Part shown: positions 58,642 through 64,000 of the stretch, piece after piece
Layout: every line of letters starts with the position of its first letter
How positions within the stretch are numbered: the first letter of the stretch is position 1
Source: Candidatus Thorarchaeota archaeon
Lineage (GTDB): Archaea > Asgardarchaeota > Thorarchaeia > Thorarchaeales > Thorarchaeaceae
DNA length: 64,000 nt
Direction: 5' to 3'
NCBI GenBank assembly: GCA_046482545.1
Contig: JAWOEX010000023.1
Location: 27,836 to 91,835, forward strand
Program-made: the position numbers and the translations under genes
The notes under the pieces: model-generated
What the model was told of the DNA's origin: nothing
The model's input: the letters and a program-made list of their open reading frames with translations, nothing else
The model's database searches: none

Positions 58642-60494
58642 CGGGCAGCACCTCCTTGCTCAGCTGTCGAAGTAAAGAATCGCTCAGCCCCTGGAAGCCG
58701 CTCGAATATCTTCTGGTAGTGCTCTGAGGTCCTGAGCAACTCCTCGTGTGAACCTGCCGCTAGCAGCTCACCTTTGTCCACAATTATGACCATATCAGAC
58801 TCCAGAAGTGTCCTTAGTCGCTGGGTAACAGTAATGCTGGTACGTCCTTTCATTACTTCGTCCAAAGCCTGTCGGAGTTGAAATTCCGTCTGTGCGTCGA
58901 TAGCACTGGCCGAGTCATCTAGAAGTAGAATCTGTGGGTCTTGGATAATTGCTCGCGCTATAGCCAGCCTCTGACGTTGTCCGCCGCTAAGAGTCATTCC
59001 CTTCTCTCCAACCATTGAGTCATATCCTTTGGGTAGTTTCTCAATAAATTCGTGCGCCTGAGCACGCTTCGCAGCCTGAATGATTTCCTCGTCTGTTGCT
59101 TCTGGCCTTCCGAACGCTATATTCTGTTTCACGGTCATTCTGAATAGGAAGATATCCTGTTCAACGAGACCTACGTGTTCCCTTACATCTGCTGTACGAA
59201 TCTTGTTCAAGTCAACTCCACCAATCCGCACACTCCCTTCTGTGGGATCATAGAGGCGTAGAATAATCTTGAGAATAGTGCTCTTGCCACCCCCCGGTCC
59301 ACCAATAACTGCCACTCTTGACTCCCTAGGAATACTGATGCTGAAGTTTTTCAAAGCTGTTGCGCTACCGTTGGAGTTGTCCGCGTTATATGAAAAGCTG
59401 ACATTATCAAATACGATGTCCCCGTTCCAATCAATGCCCTCCGAAGATTTTGTGGGTTCAACCATAGGATCTTCCCAATTGATTAAATCCACAATTCGAC
59501 CTGCATTAACATATCCTCCTCTTAGAGCCAGTAGCATTCTAGGTAGCATGAAGTTAAAGCCTTGTAGGCCAATCAATAGCCCCACAACCTGTGTAAGGTT
59601 TCCAATAGTCAAGATATGGGAAAGGACAGCATACCCGCCATAAAGGAATGCAAGAGTAGTCATCGCAGTTAGAATAAGCGATGGAATATAGAAAGATGCT
59701 AGACGACCTTCGCGAGCTACTAACTGTTCATATTCAGTTGTGGCGTCCTCGAATTTCTCCGCTTCCCAATCCTCCTTTCCGAACGCTCTTACCACTTCTA
59801 TGCCCCTGAATACCTCTTGGGAGGAAGAAGTGAGATCCTCCATCTTCTCTGCACGCTTGCGACGGACAGGCTCAACATTGTTAGCGTATCTGTAGGCAAA
59901 GGCCAAGTAAAGCGGGAAGCCGATAATCATGATGATGGTAAGACCATGAGCTGGGAATCCAAACAAAGAGAAAAGGGTAAATCCCTGATCAACTCGGAAG
60001 ATAAGCAAGGTGGTTACTATGAATGAAGAAATCCCAAAGACAATGTTTCTGAGTGCAGGGTTCAGTGACAGCCGCACCCAGTTTATGTCCTGCATCGCCA
60101 CAGAAAGGAGTCTCTTACTGTCTATTTCATCATGGAAAGCCATACTATTCTCCTGAAGGAGATCAAAGAAATCCTGTCTTGCATCTCTCTCCCAAGCCAG
60201 CGTGACTCTGGCCCATGCATAGCCCACAAGGAAATACAGCACTAGATAACTTGCACCTAGACCAACAATGAGCCAACAATAATTCACAAATGTAGCAGTG
60301 AAACCATTAACAGTAAGCTCATCAATAGCGTTACCCACAATAGTCATTGGCAAAGTCACTAAGAGAGACGAAACAACGGTCAGAATCGTTGCTCCAGCAA
60401 TTACTCCCGGATGTTTACGGAGTCCTGAGAACATATAGTCCGTTGCGTCATCAAATTGTCGTTCTTGTTGTTCCTCTTGTTTTGTCACTAGCAA
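58632..60494 (-). CDS. ABC exporter half (TMD-NBD), degenerate-site subunit
   Basis: GGPGGGKST, LSGGQRQR, LLDDSAS (E to D), TQRL (H to Q). Confidence 0.93.
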   Translation of the reverse strand: MLVTKQEEQQERQFDDATDYMFSGLRKHPGVIAGATILTVVSSLLVTLPMTIVGNAIDELTVNGFTATFVNYCWLIVGLGASYLVLYFLVGYAWARVTLAWERDARQDFFDLLQENSMAFHDEIDSKRLLSVAMQDINWVRLSLNPALRNIVFGISSFIVTTLLIFRVDQGFTLFSLFGFPAHGLTIIMIIGFPLYLAFAYRYANNVEPVRRKRAEKMEDLTSSSQEVFRGIEVVRAFGKEDWEAEKFEDATTEYEQLVAREGRLASFYIPSLILTAMTTLAFLYGGYAVLSHILTIGNLTQVVGLLIGLQGFNFMLPRMLLALRGGYVNAGRIVDLINWEDPMVEPTKSSEGIDWNGDIVFDNVSFSYNADNSNGSATALKNFSISIPRESRVAVIGGPGGGKSTILKIILRLYDPTEGSVRIGGVDLNKIRTADVREHVGLVEQDIFLFRMTVKQNIAFGRPEATDEEIIQAAKRAQAHEFIEKLPKGYDSMVGEKGMTLSGGQRQRLAIARAIIQDPQILLLDDSASAIDAQTEFQLRQALDEVMKGRTSITVTQRLRTLLESDMVIIVDKGELLAAGSHEELLRTSEHYQKIFERLPGAERFFTSTAEQGGAARWV

Positions 60495-60500
60495 GCCTCA

Positions 60501-61016
60501 CTACTTCGTGTCTTCAATAAGGCGGTTAAGTTTCTCCCGGATTGATTCCAGCTGAGTGGCATATTCGACAGCCATATCGCTGGATAAAGAGTCAGTTGCA
60601 TGCAGCAAACTGTCAGTTATCTGATTCATTCTTTGAAGAAGGAAGTCTAATCGATCCTCAGGTGCCATCAAGGAAAGCGATAATCTGAAACCAGTCCTGA
60701 TATTCTCTGACATAGTCTTGTGCCGCTCTGAAAGCTTCTTGATAAACGCCAGCCCCTTGTCCGTAATGGTGTAGGGTTTTTTTCTGCCCTTCTTGTCTAA
60801 CTTCTCTATGAAGCCTTGTTCTTCAAGACCTGAAAGAGCAGGATAAATCGAGCCAGGACTCGGCCTCCATTCATGGCCACTTTTTTCTTCAAGGATTCGG
60901 CCAATTGCCGCTCCAGTCAAATCACTGGTCTTGAGCAAATGCAGAATCAGATGCTTCAGGAGGCCCCTAGGGATGGACTGGGGATCCGGAATTTCATCGC
61001 ACGGCATTGGTGTCAA
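60501..61016 (-). CDS. PadR-family transcriptional regulator
   Basis: PRGLLKHLILHLL, WRPSPGSIYPAL..LE, YTITDKG. Confidence 0.92.
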   Translation of the reverse strand: MTPMPCDEIPDPQSIPRGLLKHLILHLLKTSDLTGAAIGRILEEKSGHEWRPSPGSIYPALSGLEEQGFIEKLDKKGRKKPYTITDKGLAFIKKLSERHKTMSENIRTGFRLSLSLMAPEDRLDFLLQRMNQITDSLLHATDSLSSDMAVEYATQLESIREKLNRLIEDTK

Positions 61017-61032
61017 ATTTACTCAAGCCTAA

Positions 61033-61050
61033 AATATCGCATCCGATATT
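61033..61050. promoter_or_regulatory. Perfect dyad AATATCG-N4-CGATATT, candidate PadR operator
   Basis: Lies between a minus-strand TATA (TTTATAAG, 61053-61060) and the padR start. Confidence 0.65.
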
Positions 61051-61120
61051 ATCTTATAAAGAATACCATGTCCGACGCAATACAACTAAAGGATGTTAAG
61101 GAACGTTCATAAGAAACACG

Positions 61121-63001
61121 TTGTCCGCTAGAGAAGAGGAGTCAGAAGGTGGAACCAGATTGAGTGAGAAAGCAAAGGTAAAGGAAACAACTAGGCTGTA
61201 CTCGCGAATCTGGCAACTGCCAACCCACAGAGGAATGTTAGCAAGGCTTGGGTTACTAGTAGTTATTGCATCGGTAGTAATGGTTGCAGGAGATATGATT
61301 TCAGGTTTGACACATCAACCCATCCAATTACTTATGGTTTACCTAGTCGTTCTGGCAATCCCCACATATCCGGGTACTCTTCTTCTCTATGCACTCATAC
61401 GTCGAGAATCATCTCCGTTGGATTTGAGACGAACTACAGGGGTAATTCAGTTCGGAGTGGTAATCTGGTTTTCTTTCGGAATAATCGGGAGAATCGTAGG
61501 ACTGGTTTTGGGAACAGGATTCGTAAGCAGATTTTGGCTTCTAGGTGCCAATATGGGCTACCTAATGTTTGTGTTCTTAGTAGATGGCCTCAGTGAATAC
61601 GGAACAATCAGAAACTCTCTTGCCGCTTTCATACCTGTCCTGTTGTGGATTGTAGGCCTTGTCATCGGCAATCACTTCATGGTGGATTTGATGGGTTTTC
61701 CAGCAACCTGGCCAATCGTCCTTTTCGGCGGAGGAACGATTATCGCAGTTGCAGTCGCGTACATCTACGATGCTATTAGCAAACCATTTGAACGTGACCT
61801 CGGAATCGATGGCCCCGCCCTTCTGAGAGGTTTTGGGTATGATTACTTGGCCAATGACTCACGCCCGCTTGAGAATATGCTTACCAGCATATCTGAAAGA
61901 CAGAACATACCCATTGATGTGCTCGTATTGAAGACCGATGATGATTTGATAGGCATCGGAGTAGTCCTATATGTTCATCCAGGACCTTTCCGCAACCTTG
62001 GCAGTAGTGCCCTCCCTTCATATATTAGTGAGCACATTAGGGAGAGGTATGGGGTACCTAGTTTTGTTATGCATGGTAGCTGTACCCACCACCAGAATCT
62101 AACAACCAAAGAAGATTTTGAGAAAGTGACTGAAGAGCTAGACAGGCTCGTAGAGAAGCAACATACACTACACAACATTCGGGGGCCAACGTGGAAGGAA
62201 TCAGGTAAATTCAAAACGTGGTCACTGGGAGTGGGACGAAAAGCACTCACCATTGTAACTAGTGCACCCCAATTCACCGATGACATCAGTCTCAAGGTGG
62301 GCATGAAAGCCAATCAGGCGGCCTTATCTGCTAGTGATAACATCGAACGGGTTGCTGTGGTAGATGCTCACAACTGCATAAACGATAACGCAGTCTCGAT
62401 TATGTCTGGTGACCCGGAAGCAGAAGAGTTCGTTCAAGCTGTCAGAGAAGCTGTCGTTGATAACTCAGATAAAACAGCAGAGTCATTTGGAATTGGCTTC
62501 TATCAAACCAGTCCCGAGGGAATAACAAAGGAAGATGGCTTGGGACCAGGTGGAATCTCCGTCATTATCTTGGAAGTTGGGAGTGAACAGATAGCATTCA
62601 TATCGATTGATGGAAACAATATGGTTCCAGGTATGCGGCAAGAGATACTTGATTCACTGAAAGCCATCGGAGTTGAAGAAGCGGAACCAATAACAACGGA
62701 CACGCACGTTGTGAACGCCATTTCGCTCTCTAGTGGAGGTTATCCGCCCGTAGGTCAATACAAGCGTCAGAGAATAATAGAAGAGATTGTAGACGCTGTG
62801 AGACAAACTTGTTCAAGAATACGTCCTGGGAGGGTAGCTATGGAATCAGGTACAATAGCTAATCTGAGAACCTTCGGCGAGAAAGGGTTTGATACGTTGA
62901 CACAAGACATCGTGGAAGCCACCGAAATTGCCAAAAGAACCGGAATAGCTGCGGCTGCAGGGTCATTCCTTGTAACTCTGATCTTAACATTCGCACTCTG
63001 A
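61121..63001 (+). CDS. DUF2070 family membrane protein
   Basis: N-terminal TMs; HPGPF..LGSS, HGSCTH, DAHN, DGNN, TTDTH. Confidence 0.88.
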   Translation: MSAREEESEGGTRLSEKAKVKETTRLYSRIWQLPTHRGMLARLGLLVVIASVVMVAGDMISGLTHQPIQLLMVYLVVLAIPTYPGTLLLYALIRRESSPLDLRRTTGVIQFGVVIWFSFGIIGRIVGLVLGTGFVSRFWLLGANMGYLMFVFLVDGLSEYGTIRNSLAAFIPVLLWIVGLVIGNHFMVDLMGFPATWPIVLFGGGTIIAVAVAYIYDAISKPFERDLGIDGPALLRGFGYDYLANDSRPLENMLTSISERQNIPIDVLVLKTDDDLIGIGVVLYVHPGPFRNLGSSALPSYISEHIRERYGVPSFVMHGSCTHHQNLTTKEDFEKVTEELDRLVEKQHTLHNIRGPTWKESGKFKTWSLGVGRKALTIVTSAPQFTDDISLKVGMKANQAALSASDNIERVAVVDAHNCINDNAVSIMSGDPEAEEFVQAVREAVVDNSDKTAESFGIGFYQTSPEGITKEDGLGPGGISVIILEVGSEQIAFISIDGNNMVPGMRQEILDSLKAIGVEEAEPITTDTHVVNAISLSSGGYPPVGQYKRQRIIEEIVDAVRQTCSRIRPGRVAMESGTIANLRTFGEKGFDTLTQDIVEATEIAKRTGIAAAAGSFLVTLILTFAL

Positions 63002-63069
63002 TGCTAACTGGTCATTGACCAAGAACATATCGATGAAATAGAGAACTATCCTGGATGGCTTGTTGAAAA

Positions 63070-63636
63070 ATGAAAAAAATACTCCTCTGCATGACCGGCG
63101 CAAGTGGATCGATTTATGGAGTTAGGTTGCTCCGCAAACTGAAGAAGATGGGGCATGAGGTTCATCTAATCCTTAGTAAGTGGGGTACTGAAACGCTCAA
63201 GCATGAAATGGAGGTCAATCCTGCTGAACTAAAGCAGGAAGCTGACATGTCATATGATGAAACCGATATGGCTGAAGGGCCAGCAAGCGGAAGTTTTGCG
63301 TTGGACGCAATGGCTATTGCCCCGTGTTCAATGAAAACACTTGCAGGAATCGCCAGCGGATATGCCGAAAATCTGATTCTCCGGGCTGCCGATTGCAGCT
63401 TGAAGGAGGGAAGACCCTTAGTTCTTGTTCCTCGTGAAGCTCCCTACAATCTCGTTCACATAGAGAATATGAGCAAAGCCACAAGGGCTGGAGCATTGAT
63501 AGTACCTGCAAGTCCTGCATTTTGGCATAAGCCGAATACAATCGAAGATCTTGTCGATTCTATAGTGAGTCGAGTCCTAGTCCATTTAGGAATTAATGTG
63601 AATTCAAAAATCGAATGGAGTGGAATGCCCGATTAA
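63070..63636 (+). CDS. ubiX: Flavin prenyltransferase
   Basis: TGASG..YG, ASGS, PCSMKTLA, RAAD..LKE.R.LVLVPRE.P. Confidence 0.95.
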   Translation: MKKILLCMTGASGSIYGVRLLRKLKKMGHEVHLILSKWGTETLKHEMEVNPAELKQEADMSYDETDMAEGPASGSFALDAMAIAPCSMKTLAGIASGYAENLILRAADCSLKEGRPLVLVPREAPYNLVHIENMSKATRAGALIVPASPAFWHKPNTIEDLVDSIVSRVLVHLGINVNSKIEWSGMPD

Positions 63637-63732
63637 AGACAGGAGAAAGAGGTAGAGAGGGTTGGAAGAACAGTACAATTCTTCCAAACCCTAAATATTC
63701 AGTCCTTATGCATAGAAATCTTTAGCTGATAT

Positions 63733-63999
63733 CTATTGGAACTGATTCTCTGTAGTTGTTTCCTCGGGTTCCTCTACTTCCTCTACTTCCTCTGGTTCCT
63801 CTGCTTCTTCTGCTTCTTCTGGTTCTTCTGCTTCTTCTGGTTCCTCTGCTTCCTCTGGTTCTTCTGCTTCCTCTGGTTCCTTTGCTTCCTCTTTGGCGGC
63901 TTTGAACTTCTTTAACGTTTCACCAAGGATTTCTTCACCATGCTGAACAGCCAATGGGAGGACGAAGAAGAGTATAAGCACGTTTCCAGCTATCAAGAG
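63733..63999 (-). CDS. C-terminal end of a membrane protein with acidic tail (partial)
   Basis: Open to window edge; TM segment then E/P-rich repeats. Confidence 0.65.
   Translation of the reverse strand, partial: LLIAGNVLILFFVLPLAVQHGEEILGETLKKFKAAKEEAKEPEEAEEPEEAEEPEEAEEPEEAEEAEEPEEVEEVEEPEETTTENQFQ
63761..63890 (-). repeat. Coding 9/18-bp tandem repeat encoding (EEPEEA)n
   Basis: Repeated ttcctctggttcttctgc-like units. Confidence 0.85.
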
Positions 64000-64000
64000 T

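Overview
Gene-dense archaeal chromosomal window, most consistent with an Asgard archaeon (Thorarchaeota-like). This is inferred from the archaeal DNA ligase, eS17, thermosome, PurP, ZPR1 and DUF2070 together with a longin-type protein. The left 40 kb is mostly core metabolism: FolE2/MptA, QueD and DNA ligase; a 10-gene de novo purine/GMP operon with PurC-PurS and PurE-PurM fusions and two PurP paralogues; a 2-oxoacid:ferredoxin oxidoreductase; thermosome; TrxB; the HMG-CoA synthase/thiolase/DUF35 mevalonate operon; a PPAT-DUF359 CoA-synthesis fusion; NnrDE; and NfnAB split by a decayed TPR gene. The most interesting locus is 41.6-51.3 kb. There an Smc5/6-type SMC, a kleisin and a single kite are tightly coupled behind a catalytically dead classical AAA protein and followed by a Zn-ribbon/wHTH gene. 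Divergent from this operon lies a MoxR AAA+ gene paired with a zincin-vWA gene. Next come a strongly structured ~125-nt intergenic element, a NYN-LOTUS ribonuclease and tRNA-Ala(UGC). Other candidates include a riboswitch/uORF-like leader upstream of HMG-CoA synthase, a perfect 20-bp tandem operator at the thermosome promoter, a possible dead HerA/VirB4-like ATPase and a longin-wHTH protein coupled to a membrane protein. No CRISPR array, rRNA, integrase or transposase was seen. All calls come from motif recognition by eye; no searches were run.
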